Shown: positions 40,639 through 50,807 of the stretch, in pieces
How positions within the stretch are numbered: position 1 is the stretch's first letter
Layout of the letters: the number at the start of each line of letters is the position of its first letter
Virus record (IMG/VR): IMGVR_UViG_3300021957_000015
Location: 15,170-79,169 of that record
DNA: 64,000 nucleotides
Origin: a virus
Reading direction: 5' to 3' (one strand)
Notes under the pieces: generated by a model
Told to the model about the DNA's origin: nothing
Seen by the model: only the letters and a program-made list of their open reading frames with translations
Database searches by the model: none
Made by a program: the position numbers and the translations under genes

Positions 40639-41704
40639 TAATAACATAGAACTAACACAAGAGCTAAAGGAAAGAATAGAGTATGCACTTATACAAGTAA
40701 CTACTCAGCAACATTCTAATCCAAATAAGCAATCACTAAAGAGCATGCATGGGCGAATAACCCTTGCATGCCCTTATTGTGGTGATTCCCATAAAGATGA
40801 TACCGCAAAACGTGGTAACGTATTTTGGGACACCTTGCAATATCATTGTTATAACTGCGGTCACCACACAAATCTTCATACATTTTTAAAGGATCATGAT
40901 ATTAGACTTGGTAAAGCTGGTGATTCATTTGCAGTAATAGATTACATTCAACAAAACAAATTACAAGTACGCTCAGATAATGTTCTTAAGCCTACTCTAT
41001 TTGAAGATATACAAAAACATGCAATAGACATTGATTTGTTTAAATCTAAATTTAAGGCAAAGTCTATTGAACCTGGAGAATGGATATGGTTTCAACTTAA
41101 AGACAGATTACTACATAAAAAACTAGATGAGTTCCTATATTCTGCCAAAGAACATAGATTATGGATTCTAAATTTAAGTACAGATAATAAAATTATAGGT
41201 GCACAAACTAGAAGAATGAAAGGATATGGTCAAAGATACCTTTCATATGATTTACCTAAGCTTTATGAGGAAATGGGCCAACCATTACAAATTGAAGAAG
41301 CAGAATCAAATCAATTGGCAAAGATTTCTACACTATTTGGAATCATGAGAGTTTCTTTTCAAAGGCCAGTAACTTTATTTGAAGGACCGCTCGATGCTAA
41401 ATTTATGACAAACTCGTTGGCATTGGCAACTGCTGGAAGATCTACTGAAGAATTCGATGAAATAGAAACCGTTAGATATATGTTTGACAATGATGATACA
41501 GGTAAAAAGAAAATGATAGAGAAGCTTAAGAAGGGCAGACCTGTATTTATGTGGTCAAAATTTCTAAAAGATAATAATTTAGATACATATAATATCAAAG
41601 ATCTTAATGATTTGATGATTAAATGTTTTGAATTAAAGTCAGATGCTTTTAAAAAAATCAATAACTATTTTACATCAAGTCAATTAGATTTATGGTACAT
41701 TTAG
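40622..41704 (+). CDS. gp61: DNA primase, T4 gp61-like
   Basis: Zn finger CPYCGDS...HCYNC; TOPRIM FEGPLDA and FDNDDTG; KDLND. Confidence 0.9.
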   Translation: MTSTSNNNIELTQELKERIEYALIQVTTQQHSNPNKQSLKSMHGRITLACPYCGDSHKDDTAKRGNVFWDTLQYHCYNCGHHTNLHTFLKDHDIRLGKAGDSFAVIDYIQQNKLQVRSDNVLKPTLFEDIQKHAIDIDLFKSKFKAKSIEPGEWIWFQLKDRLLHKKLDEFLYSAKEHRLWILNLSTDNKIIGAQTRRMKGYGQRYLSYDLPKLYEEMGQPLQIEEAESNQLAKISTLFGIMRVSFQRPVTLFEGPLDAKFMTNSLALATAGRSTEEFDEIETVRYMFDNDDTGKKKMIEKLKKGRPVFMWSKFLKDNNLDTYNIKDLNDLMIKCFELKSDAFKKINNYFTSSQLDLWYI

Positions 41705-41919
41705 AAGAACTAACATTTATGGTTGAAGAAAACCTAGACGATTTTTATAATGACAAAGACCGATTTAAAGGTCATAGACTACTGATAGACTTTGATTCAG
41801 TAGAAATTCCTGATGAACCAGAAACACCAGATATGGAGTTTAGTAAGCCTAAATTTAAGAAAAGACAAACAACATCTGTTCACATAAAACCAGATCCTAA
41901 CAAAAAATCATTATTTTAA
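41692..41919 (+). CDS. Hypothetical protein
   Basis: 75-aa ORF between primase and UvsY-like gene (start uncertain); ends KKSLF. Confidence 0.6.
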   Translation: MVHLEELTFMVEENLDDFYNDKDRFKGHRLLIDFDSVEIPDEPETPDMEFSKPKFKKRQTTSVHIKPDPNKKSLF

Positions 41920-42342
41920 ATGAGTAAAGAAAAGATATTAGCACTCGACGAAAAGTTGAGTTCACAGAGGGCTGGATGGTCAAAAAATATTAAAGACTTA
42001 GCAGGTTCTTTAAGAAATATAAATGCAATGGAAGAAACCATATCAGGAGTATTATCCTCTAGACAAACTATGGTAGAACAAATAGCATACCTAAATACTA
42101 AGGTTAAAGAACAAAAGAATAACATAAATTCCAGGTGGAGAGAGGCATATATTAGATATTTTGAATATGACTATAAACTTGGAGAAAAACAAAAAGAGCG
42201 TTTTATTGAAAACGATCTAGTACAAGAACATACAAAATTATCTCTTTTAGAAAATCAATTAGATTTCATGAAAGAATCGGTAAAAACCCTAGATAACATG
42301 GGATTTGCCATTAGAAACAGGTTAGCACTTAAAGACCTGTAA
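41920..42342 (+). CDS. uvsY: Recombination mediator, UvsY-like
   Basis: 140-aa helical protein directly upstream of UvsW; LDFMKESVKTLDNMGFAIRN is like the UvsY C-terminus. Confidence 0.65.
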   Translation: MSKEKILALDEKLSSQRAGWSKNIKDLAGSLRNINAMEETISGVLSSRQTMVEQIAYLNTKVKEQKNNINSRWREAYIRYFEYDYKLGEKQKERFIENDLVQEHTKLSLLENQLDFMKESVKTLDNMGFAIRNRLALKDL

Positions 42343-42367
42343 CTAAAAATAAAAAGTCCCATTAAAT

Positions 42368-43876
42368 GTGGAACTTAGTTTAACAGAAAATAGACAGTTG
42401 CTTCGTATTGATGATGCAACTGAAATGGAGCTTGAACAACTTAATATCTCTCTTAACAAGAGAATTGAATCGTGGAGATTTAATCCATTAGTTAAGAAAG
42501 GATTGTGGGACGGTTACATATCATATATAAAAGATGACAAGTGGATTCCATCTGGGCTATGGAGAGAAGTCATGTCAATATGCAAAGAATACGGATATGA
42601 ACTTAAATTAAATGGTATAACTGTCCTGTTTGACACTAAAATAAACCAGGAAGAGTTTACAGAGTGGGCTTTAAAGTTCTTTGAGAAATCAGAAATAACG
42701 CCCCGTGATTATCAAATAGAAGCAGCATTTAACATTCTTAAATTTAGAAAATGTTTATCAGAGCTTGCAACCTCTGCAGGTAAAACATTGATATCATTTT
42801 TAACTGTAGCATATCAATTAGAGAAAAAGAAATCAGAAAGAATTCTTTTTATTGTACCTAATGTTTCTCTTGTAGTACAAGCTAGTGAAGATTTCTTAGA
42901 TTATAACTATAGAAACTCAGTAGATATAAAAGTACAACAAATTTATTCCGGTCAAAAAATAAGACCCGGTAGAAATGTAGTAATTGGAACATATCAATCT
43001 CTTGTTAAAAAGAATAAAGAATATTTTGAACAATTTGATGCAGTAATAATTGACGAAACACATAAAGCTAAATCTACTTCAATTAAGACTATATTACAAA
43101 AGTGTGTAAACGCTAAATATAGATATGGTTTATCAGGTACAATTCCAAAAGAAGGCACAATAGATAGACTTACATTAATGGCATACACTGGCCCTTTGAT
43201 CACTGAGGTTTCTGCAAATTTCCTACAAAATGAAGGACACATTGCAAAATGTAAAGTTAAAGTTATTAAAATGGATTATGCTCCTCAATCTACAAAGGAC
43301 GCATTTAGAGAAATGTCACAAAACAGATATGAAAGTAAAGATGTATTCAAATTTGAACAAAACTACATTATTAATTCGGAAGGGCGTCTTAATTTTATTT
43401 CAAACATTATATCCAGAGTACGCGGTAATAGTCTTGTTCTTTTCCACAGGATTGAACATGGTAAAAAACTTTATGCAAAACTTAGGCAAGAAAGTGATAA
43501 AACAATATATTATGTTGACGGTAATACCGATAAGGATATCAGAGAAGAATATAAAAAGAAAATGGAGGCAAACGCGAATGTAGTAATTGTTGCTTCATAT
43601 GGTACGTTCTCTACTGGTATATCAATTAAAAGAATTCATAATATATTCTTCACAGAGTCCTTTAAATCTGAAGTAGTTATTAGGCAATCTATTGGGCGTG
43701 GGTTAAGGCAACACAGCTCTAAAGAAAGCGTAAACATTATAGATTTTGTTGATGATTTGTCTTCACCTGATTGGGATAATTATCTTATAAGACACGCTAA
43801 AGCTAGACAAGCCATATATAAAGAACAGAAGTTTGCATACGAAATAAAAAATGTGTCATTTGAAGGAGATATATAA
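42368..43876 (+). CDS. uvsW: SF2 helicase UvsW
   Basis: WDG, PRDYQ, LATSAGKT, DETH, GLSGT, SYGTFSTGI and QSIGRGLR motifs. Confidence 0.93.
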   Translation: MELSLTENRQLLRIDDATEMELEQLNISLNKRIESWRFNPLVKKGLWDGYISYIKDDKWIPSGLWREVMSICKEYGYELKLNGITVLFDTKINQEEFTEWALKFFEKSEITPRDYQIEAAFNILKFRKCLSELATSAGKTLISFLTVAYQLEKKKSERILFIVPNVSLVVQASEDFLDYNYRNSVDIKVQQIYSGQKIRPGRNVVIGTYQSLVKKNKEYFEQFDAVIIDETHKAKSTSIKTILQKCVNAKYRYGLSGTIPKEGTIDRLTLMAYTGPLITEVSANFLQNEGHIAKCKVKVIKMDYAPQSTKDAFREMSQNRYESKDVFKFEQNYIINSEGRLNFISNIISRVRGNSLVLFHRIEHGKKLYAKLRQESDKTIYYVDGNTDKDIREEYKKKMEANANVVIVASYGTFSTGISIKRIHNIFFTESFKSEVVIRQSIGRGLRQHSSKESVNIIDFVDDLSSPDWDNYLIRHAKARQAIYKEQKFAYEIKNVSFEGDI

Positions 43877-43910
43877 TAAAATAATCATAACGAAATAAAT
43901 ATAAATTGTA

Positions 43911-45740
43911 ATGGATAAATTAAAAAACTTCGAGCAATTTGCTAAGGTAAAAACCGAACGTGATGCCGCTCAATTAAAAGAAGAGCAAGATTCTAAAAGA
44001 TCAGCAGAAGCTAATACCTTCAAATCTCTTTTATCAGAATTCAATGTCACTTCTATTAAAGAATTATCAGAAGATCAAAAATCTGAATTTTTTACTAAAC
44101 TAAGAGGTGTTGAGGTTTCTGAATCCTTTTTAATTATAGAAGGAACTAGAGGACAGTTTGGTAAAATAGACAAAAAAGGTAACATAGAATCAGTGTATAC
44201 ACATTACGACTCATATCCTGATAACATGCTACCACTTATCAAGAAAACATATTTAAAAGGTGGTTCACCTCTAAATATGGTTCTTAAAAATGGAGATAAT
44301 TCAGGTTTAGAAGCTGATCCAAGAGGAATGAACTACTACGGAGACTCCGATAATATGAAAGGTAACGTTAAAAACATTGACAGATACATTTCAACAGCAG
44401 GCGATAAAGGTGGTGCAGAATTCATTTACCTTTTTGATGAAAAATCAGGAAAGTGGTTAATGGCAGACATATATGCAGGTGATAAAGATTTAAAACCAGC
44501 ATTTGAATCTGTAGAAATTAATGAAGCTATTAAAGTAGAAGGTAAGAGAGATGCTAAGAAAGTAGTAACTCAGTATAATCAAATTTTGTTTTCTAAATTA
44601 AATGCAATCGGTGCATCTAACGATAAGAAGACTTTATTGGGTGCAATTAAAAAATTATTCTTAGATTCAATGGAAGATGCTAATTTCCATAGAGAAAGAG
44701 AAAAGTGTGCAGGCGCTATCAAAGGTAATATAGGATCTATTCCAGTAATAGTTGATGGTTTAGGCAAAATGTCAGTAAACATTGGATCAACAAGAATTAA
44801 AGATGCGTTAGAAAAAGAATATTCTAGAATTTCAAATGCAGCTGGATGGTCAGGTCAAGGTATTGCAGAAGGAACTGCATTATTCTTAGAGCAGTGTGGC
44901 TTTGCTAAAATGGGACAAGATTTACTAGATAGGTTTAACTCTTTCTTTGAAGGTGAAGTAAAAGACAACTTTGAATTTAGAATGTTTGAAACTATTAAAT
45001 ATGCAGAAAGTGTATTAGAAGCTACTGTAGTTATGGATGCAACAGATCCTGGATCTAAAGTATTAAAAAAATTACTTAAGAAACACAAAGTTACAATGGA
45101 GATCATCGATAACGAAGGTCCAACAGGTTTCCCAGAAGTTGAATTAACGGGTTCAAGAGAAGATCTACAATCAGTGTTAGGCTCTGACGATGGTTGGGGT
45201 GATCCTGAATTAGGGGAATACATTGAAGAATCTAACGAAACCTTTAAGATTAAAGTTAAAGCTTTAAATGAAGCTAAATTTGTAAAAGATTTTAATAAAG
45301 ATGTTTTAGGTGCTGAAACTAAAGAAGATATAAAATCTTATTATCCATCAGCTAAATTCTTTATTGGTAAATTGACACACTTCTTTGGAGAACTAGAACC
45401 TAACCTATTCTTTAAAGCTTACTATGCTAGATACTACAAAGAAGATACGGGCAAGAAAATTAAAGGTGACTTTAAAATTACTTCAATCTACTCTGAAAAG
45501 GGTAGTAATTATGTTCACTTACACAATGAATCTGCTAAAACAGTAGAAGCTCCAAAAGTAAACGAAGCAGAAGTTACTTCAGACGAAGAATTTAAAGAGT
45601 ATGCATTTTCAGTATTAAAGAAAGCATTCGGAGATGAATTTGACGAAGATAAGGCAGGTGAAGTTGTAGACGGATTAATTTCTAAAAACTCAGGAGATTA
45701 CGGTGCTATGGTTGGTGCCTTAAAATCATCACTAGGGTAA
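43911..45740 (+). CDS. Modular putative internal-head polyprotein
   Basis: Starts MDKLKNFEQF; domains separated by IIE/INE/VLE/LNE/VNE; YTHYDSYP module; one module shared with 48952-50775. Confidence 0.6.
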   Translation: MDKLKNFEQFAKVKTERDAAQLKEEQDSKRSAEANTFKSLLSEFNVTSIKELSEDQKSEFFTKLRGVEVSESFLIIEGTRGQFGKIDKKGNIESVYTHYDSYPDNMLPLIKKTYLKGGSPLNMVLKNGDNSGLEADPRGMNYYGDSDNMKGNVKNIDRYISTAGDKGGAEFIYLFDEKSGKWLMADIYAGDKDLKPAFESVEINEAIKVEGKRDAKKVVTQYNQILFSKLNAIGASNDKKTLLGAIKKLFLDSMEDANFHREREKCAGAIKGNIGSIPVIVDGLGKMSVNIGSTRIKDALEKEYSRISNAAGWSGQGIAEGTALFLEQCGFAKMGQDLLDRFNSFFEGEVKDNFEFRMFETIKYAESVLEATVVMDATDPGSKVLKKLLKKHKVTMEIIDNEGPTGFPEVELTGSREDLQSVLGSDDGWGDPELGEYIEESNETFKIKVKALNEAKFVKDFNKDVLGAETKEDIKSYYPSAKFFIGKLTHFFGELEPNLFFKAYYARYYKEDTGKKIKGDFKITSIYSEKGSNYVHLHNESAKTVEAPKVNEAEVTSDEEFKEYAFSVLKKAFGDEFDEDKAGEVVDGLISKNSGDYGAMVGALKSSLG

Positions 45741-45751
45741 AAACAATATAT

Positions 45752-45782
45752 AAACTAGAGAGCATAACACTCTCTAGTTTTT
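45752..45782 (+). terminator. Hairpin, probable intrinsic terminator or attenuator
   Basis: AAACTAGAGAG-cataaca-CTCTCTAGTTT (11 bp) followed by T residues. Confidence 0.55.
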
Positions 45783-45795
45783 ACTTTCAACTACT

Positions 45796-47067
45796 ATGAA
45801 AATATATACAGACTTTAGTACATTTATAACTGAAAGGGTTCATTTACAAGAATCTAATTTAATATTAGAAGGTGGAGCAGCCGGCCACATGTCACACCCG
45901 TTTGATAACAAGTCATTGACATTCGGCGATTTTAAAAAGCTTATAGAATCTGGATTAAGTGGAGAACTTAATTTTGAAGAAGATCCTACTGAAAAAACAG
46001 ATGGCCAAAATTTATTTGCAACTGTTAAAGATGGAGAAACAATGTTTGCCAGAAATAAGGGTCAAATGAAAAATCCAATAGACCTAAACGGTATTATTAA
46101 GATGTTTACTGGTCACGCTTCTAAATTAGTAGAAGAAACATATATTTTTGCAGCAAAAGATTTAGCTGACGCTTTACCAAAACTTAAGGATCAATCAATG
46201 TTTGCAAACGGATTAAATTTCGTTAACATGGAATTGATCTACTCTAAAAATCCCAACGTGATATATTATGATAGAGATGTTATTCAATTTCACAATATAA
46301 CAGAAACAGACGGAGAAGGTAATCAAACAGGAACTCAAAATTTAGCAACAGAATTAGTAGGTGCTTTAAAAGAATTAAAGAAAGATGTTCAAAACACATT
46401 TACTATAATTCCACCACAAGTATTAAAGATTGCTAAAGACGTTGACTTTGAAGCAAACAAGTCAAAATTCATTAAACAAGTAGAAGCATTAAAGAATCGT
46501 TATAAATTAACAGATGCTGACGAAGTTTCCAGATATCATGAAATGTGGTGGAGAGAAACGATAGACACAAATTTCCCTGATCTAGAACAAAACCATAAAG
46601 AAGGTTTATTATTAAGATGGGCATATGGCGATAAGAAAACTTTAAACTTAAGATCATTAGACAAAGCTATCGGTAAAGACAAAGCTGCACTAATTAAGAA
46701 GTTTGATAAAGAAGATGTTAAAAAGAAGTATAAAGAAAACATTAGACCATTTGAAGATCTATTCTTAGAATTAGGATCAGTAATCTTGAAAAACGCAAGT
46801 AACTTTGTAGCTGCATCGCCAGATAAAGAAATGCAAAGACTACATAATCAAATTAGAACTGAAGCTGCTAAGATTAAAAAATCAGGTGGAATTGATCAGA
46901 TTAAAAAAGTTGAAGCTGAACTTGCTAGACTAGAAAGAATCGGTGGAATAGAGTCTATTATACCAACTGAAGGTTTAGTTTTTAAATATAAGGGACATAC
47001 TTATAAACTAACTGGAACTTTTGCTGCAATTAATCAATTAATGGGAATTATTAAATACGGTAGATAA
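45796..47067 (+). CDS. RNA-ligase-like covalent nucleotidyltransferase (DUF6267-like)
   Basis: Motif I TEKTDGQN, motif IV EGLVF, motif V YKLTG; N-terminal MKIYTDFSTFITE...LILEGGAAGHMSHPFD. Confidence 0.6.
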   Translation: MKIYTDFSTFITERVHLQESNLILEGGAAGHMSHPFDNKSLTFGDFKKLIESGLSGELNFEEDPTEKTDGQNLFATVKDGETMFARNKGQMKNPIDLNGIIKMFTGHASKLVEETYIFAAKDLADALPKLKDQSMFANGLNFVNMELIYSKNPNVIYYDRDVIQFHNITETDGEGNQTGTQNLATELVGALKELKKDVQNTFTIIPPQVLKIAKDVDFEANKSKFIKQVEALKNRYKLTDADEVSRYHEMWWRETIDTNFPDLEQNHKEGLLLRWAYGDKKTLNLRSLDKAIGKDKAALIKKFDKEDVKKKYKENIRPFEDLFLELGSVILKNASNFVAASPDKEMQRLHNQIRTEAAKIKKSGGIDQIKKVEAELARLERIGGIESIIPTEGLVFKYKGHTYKLTGTFAAINQLMGIIKYGR

Positions 47068-47069
47068 CA

Positions 47070-48914
47070 ATGGCATTACAGAACTTAAAAACATATTTTG
47101 AATCAACTAATATCAATGACTTTAAAAAGTTACTAGATAATATTTGCGTCGTAACCGAAAAGGTACAAGCTTCAAGTTTTCATGTTAGAAGAGATGAGAT
47201 TGACGTTTTTGAATTTTTTAAAAGCGGTTCAAAAACACCTATTAATAAAGTAGACAGAACGTTAGTAAAATATTATGAAAACGGAATTAAACACTTTAAC
47301 ACAATATCAGATGTTATTCTAAATGAAATGCCAAAGGATTGGAAATTCGGGTTTGATTACATGTTAGAAACCAAAACTGTAGATATAGAATATGACAATG
47401 TTCCTAAAAACAATCTTATATTAACACATATACAGGTTTTAAATCCTTCAGATCCCTCTAAAGTAAAAAAAGTAATTAGAGATCCTAGAATTTTAGAAAA
47501 ATGGGCTGGTTTATTAGATGTACAGCCAATATCTGTACTTTTTCAAGGTCAATTGGCATCTAATCAGAAAGATGACTTAATATCATTATTATCACTGGGC
47601 ACTGAAGAATTTAAAAAGAAATTTAAAAACCAATCTTTTACAAGAACTATTTATCACATATTCGATAACGGTAGAAATAAGTCAGCATTAAACTTGGATT
47701 TAGATAAAGACATTGATGCGCTAGTTATTAATTTTTATGAAGATAGGACACCTAAAAGTTTTAAGCTAGAAAGATTCGATAGAGAATCTGCACCAAATAG
47801 AAAATCATCAGACATGTATCAAATATCGATACTAGATTTAGTTGAATTCTTAACTTCATTTGATTTATCAGATATAAAATTAAAAGAAGAAAAGGCGGAT
47901 TTAAGATATGTAGAACTAATTTCATCTATATTTAATGCGTATGTTGAAAAGCATGCTACAAAATATGTAGGCGCTGATTTTGATTCAGCTGATTTTGCAG
48001 AAGGAGAATCATTTGAACTTAATACAGCATTTATGTCAAATGAAAAAACAATATCACTTGTACAAAATAAAGTACTAGCTGAATTGTTCAAAATAGCATT
48101 AGGATCTTTTAGAAAAAAGAGAACTAAAGAAACAGATATCATTAACGCAGATTTATTATCTCAAATTAATGAAATAGTTGAAGAAATAGATACTATTGTA
48201 ATGGGTAAAACAAATGAAAAAGATGTAATGGATTTTAAAAAATATCTAATTAATCAAAAACTAAATGGAGATGTAAGTCCAATAATGGAAGGATTAACTG
48301 TAAATTATCCAGATCAAGGTAAAAAGCCAGTCAATATGTTTGTCGGTAGATTTCAACCGTTCACATTAGGACATGCTAAAGTAATAGACACTATCAGCAA
48401 ACAAAATGGACACCCTGTTGTTGTAATATTGATTAAATCAAAGACTAAGAAAAAAGAAGATGCGTTTAAAAGACCATACGACGAGGAAACTCAATTAGCA
48501 ATGCTTAATAAATTAAAGTCTAAATACCCAATAGAAAAAGTATACATTTTAGATAGAGCTGCAATAGATTACATGTTTAACGCAATGCGAGCAGATGGTT
48601 ACGAACCAGTGCTTTGGGGAACAGGAACAGATAGACTTAAAACATATTCGTATCAAGTTGATAAACCAGAATATAGAGAATCTTTAAATTGTAGAGAAGA
48701 TTTCGGTTTATTTGAAATCCCTAGATCTGGTAAAAACATTTCAGCAACACAGGTTAGAAATGCAATGTTAGACGGTGATGAAAAAACATTTAAAAAATTA
48801 ACACCTAGACCAATTCATGGTATGTATACTGAATTGAGAACAAAATTAGAGGTTTCTATGGGTGTCGCAGAGTCAAAATTCATGACATTTGAACAGTTTG
48901 TGAAGAAAGACTAA
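47070..48914 (+). CDS. Degenerate ligase-like domain fused to HxGH-type (cytidyltransferase/NMNAT-like) nucleotidyltransferase
   Basis: N-terminal VTEKVQASSF; C-terminal domain VGRFQPFTLGH...GTDR...ISATQVR; ends FMTFEQFVKKD. Confidence 0.7.
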   Translation: MALQNLKTYFESTNINDFKKLLDNICVVTEKVQASSFHVRRDEIDVFEFFKSGSKTPINKVDRTLVKYYENGIKHFNTISDVILNEMPKDWKFGFDYMLETKTVDIEYDNVPKNNLILTHIQVLNPSDPSKVKKVIRDPRILEKWAGLLDVQPISVLFQGQLASNQKDDLISLLSLGTEEFKKKFKNQSFTRTIYHIFDNGRNKSALNLDLDKDIDALVINFYEDRTPKSFKLERFDRESAPNRKSSDMYQISILDLVEFLTSFDLSDIKLKEEKADLRYVELISSIFNAYVEKHATKYVGADFDSADFAEGESFELNTAFMSNEKTISLVQNKVLAELFKIALGSFRKKRTKETDIINADLLSQINEIVEEIDTIVMGKTNEKDVMDFKKYLINQKLNGDVSPIMEGLTVNYPDQGKKPVNMFVGRFQPFTLGHAKVIDTISKQNGHPVVVILIKSKTKKKEDAFKRPYDEETQLAMLNKLKSKYPIEKVYILDRAAIDYMFNAMRADGYEPVLWGTGTDRLKTYSYQVDKPEYRESLNCREDFGLFEIPRSGKNISATQVRNAMLDGDEKTFKKLTPRPIHGMYTELRTKLEVSMGVAESKFMTFEQFVKKD

Positions 48915-48951
48915 TATATAGTATAAGAATATAAAATATAGAAAATTAAAA

Positions 48952-50775
48952 ATGAAAAAATTCGAAGAATTTATCGGTGAAGGTAAAATCACTTTAAAGA
49001 GAAGATATACTGAAAACCACCCTGCAGTTACCGCAGGAACACACGCAAAAATTAGAAATAAAGTATTAGAAGCTATCGCTGATGGAACTTTAACTCAAGA
49101 AGAATTCGATAATATTCTAAAAGAGATGTCAAGCAATTCTGGTAGATGGATGAGAAGAAACGCAAAATACTTTAATGTGGCAGAATCTGGAATATCTCTT
49201 TCTAAATTTGGAAGAAAGATACTTAACACTATCAGTATATCTGAAGCAGAGATTGAAGAAGGTAATGCTTTCGGTGATGCTGTAAGAAAAGCCAAAGAAA
49301 ACGGAGACAAAGAATTCGAATTTGATGGTAAAACCTACCCAGTAAAAGAAGGTAGAGGATTTGTTGCGGCTGCTAAAAAAGCAAAAGACGCAGGTGAAAA
49401 AGAATTCGAATTTAATGGTAAAACATTTCCAGTTTTAATCAAAGAAGACGAAGAAGTTGAAGAATCAGTAGTTACTGAAGACTCACTTTCAGGTATAGAA
49501 TTTGGAAACGATGATGACATACACCCAACTGAATTTAAACCATTAGTTAAATCTTTAAAGAAGAACAAAGTTAAAATGGAAGTTGAAAAAGAAGAAGGAT
49601 CACATGGATATCCTGAAGTTAAATTAACCGGTAAAAGAAAAGATATCGAAAATGTTTTGGCTGATGTATGGGGTCCAGACTCAGTTTCTGATTATGAAGA
49701 TTACTTTGAATCAGTAGTTACTGAATCGACAGAAGATACTGAATCGACAGAAGATACTAAATCTAATCATATACACGAATCTTTTTCAAGTTTCGTAGAA
49801 AGCTTAAATGAAGCTTTTGGTTCAATGAAGCTTTCTAAGTTATTTACAAACACTAGGGGTAAAGTTGATAAAGCATTATCAGGTGCATTTTATGGTAAAA
49901 CTAAAGTTGCTTTAGATAAAGTACAGGATGAAGATCTTATTGATACTGATCCAATGACAGCGTACAAGGCAAAACAAACAAATACTATTGTTTTTTACAT
50001 CTCAGATAATGAGAAACCTAATCCATATGCACCGAGCGATGCATACAGTTCTGATAAAGTTATTCCAGGTGGAAGTTACTTATTAGCTGTAGCAAGTGGA
50101 GGTAATGAATTTTACACAAACACATGGACTAGCAGATATTCTAGTAGAGACAGAGACAGAACTCTAAAAACTACTCCTAATAATTCAAGTGATACTATTG
50201 GTATTTCTAAGAAGTACAAAGGATGGGATGCAACTGGTCTTTACAATGTAAAAAGAATTGCAGAAGTTGCAGATAGAGCAGTTGTTATCAATATAGATCT
50301 ATTACAACAAAAATATTCTACAGCTAATAAAAGATCTGAAAGATCAAGCGCTAAAGCTGGTGCGATTGCATTTAAATCTGATAAAGACTTTAAACAAGAA
50401 AACAAAAACAGATATACTCAAATCTTAGCTACTAAAGCAGCTGCATTGCCATTAGATAAAATGGTTTCAGCGGCAATCGATGAATTAGCTAAACAAATTC
50501 AAGATGGTTTGAAAGCTGGAGAGAAAACAGAATACGGAGAAATCTACATTGGTAAAAACAAAAGAGGTTCTACTGTAAAATTAAAAGATGCTTCTTCACA
50601 CATGTCATCCATCTTAGACGATTACTCAAGATACTGTGATTATATCGCAAGATCTGAAGAGTCTGAAAAGAGATACGGTACAGGTGAAAGATGGTACGAA
50701 AGAGAAGCTAAGACATACGCTAAATCTATTAAAGATAGAATTAACAAAATCAAAACTTTCGATTACGCTTGGTAA
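48952..50775 (+). CDS. Modular putative internal-head polyprotein
   Basis: Starts MKKFEEFIGE; two tandem AK..G.KEFEF.GKT.PV units; ESVVTE-flanked module; internal HESFSSFVESLNE. Confidence 0.6.
   Translation: MKKFEEFIGEGKITLKRRYTENHPAVTAGTHAKIRNKVLEAIADGTLTQEEFDNILKEMSSNSGRWMRRNAKYFNVAESGISLSKFGRKILNTISISEAEIEEGNAFGDAVRKAKENGDKEFEFDGKTYPVKEGRGFVAAAKKAKDAGEKEFEFNGKTFPVLIKEDEEVEESVVTEDSLSGIEFGNDDDIHPTEFKPLVKSLKKNKVKMEVEKEEGSHGYPEVKLTGKRKDIENVLADVWGPDSVSDYEDYFESVVTESTEDTESTEDTKSNHIHESFSSFVESLNEAFGSMKLSKLFTNTRGKVDKALSGAFYGKTKVALDKVQDEDLIDTDPMTAYKAKQTNTIVFYISDNEKPNPYAPSDAYSSDKVIPGGSYLLAVASGGNEFYTNTWTSRYSSRDRDRTLKTTPNNSSDTIGISKKYKGWDATGLYNVKRIAEVADRAVVINIDLLQQKYSTANKRSERSSAKAGAIAFKSDKDFKQENKNRYTQILATKAAALPLDKMVSAAIDELAKQIQDGLKAGEKTEYGEIYIGKNKRGSTVKLKDASSHMSSILDDYSRYCDYIARSEESEKRYGTGERWYEREAKTYAKSIKDRINKIKTFDYAW
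49462..49725 (+). repeat. 18-bp perfect direct repeats flanking a protein module
   Basis: GAATCAGTAGTTACTGAA at 49462-49479 and 49708-49725, both encoding ESVVTE. Confidence 0.9.
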
Positions 50776-50807
50776 TCAATAAACTTACATAAATAAAAAA
50801 TATAAAA

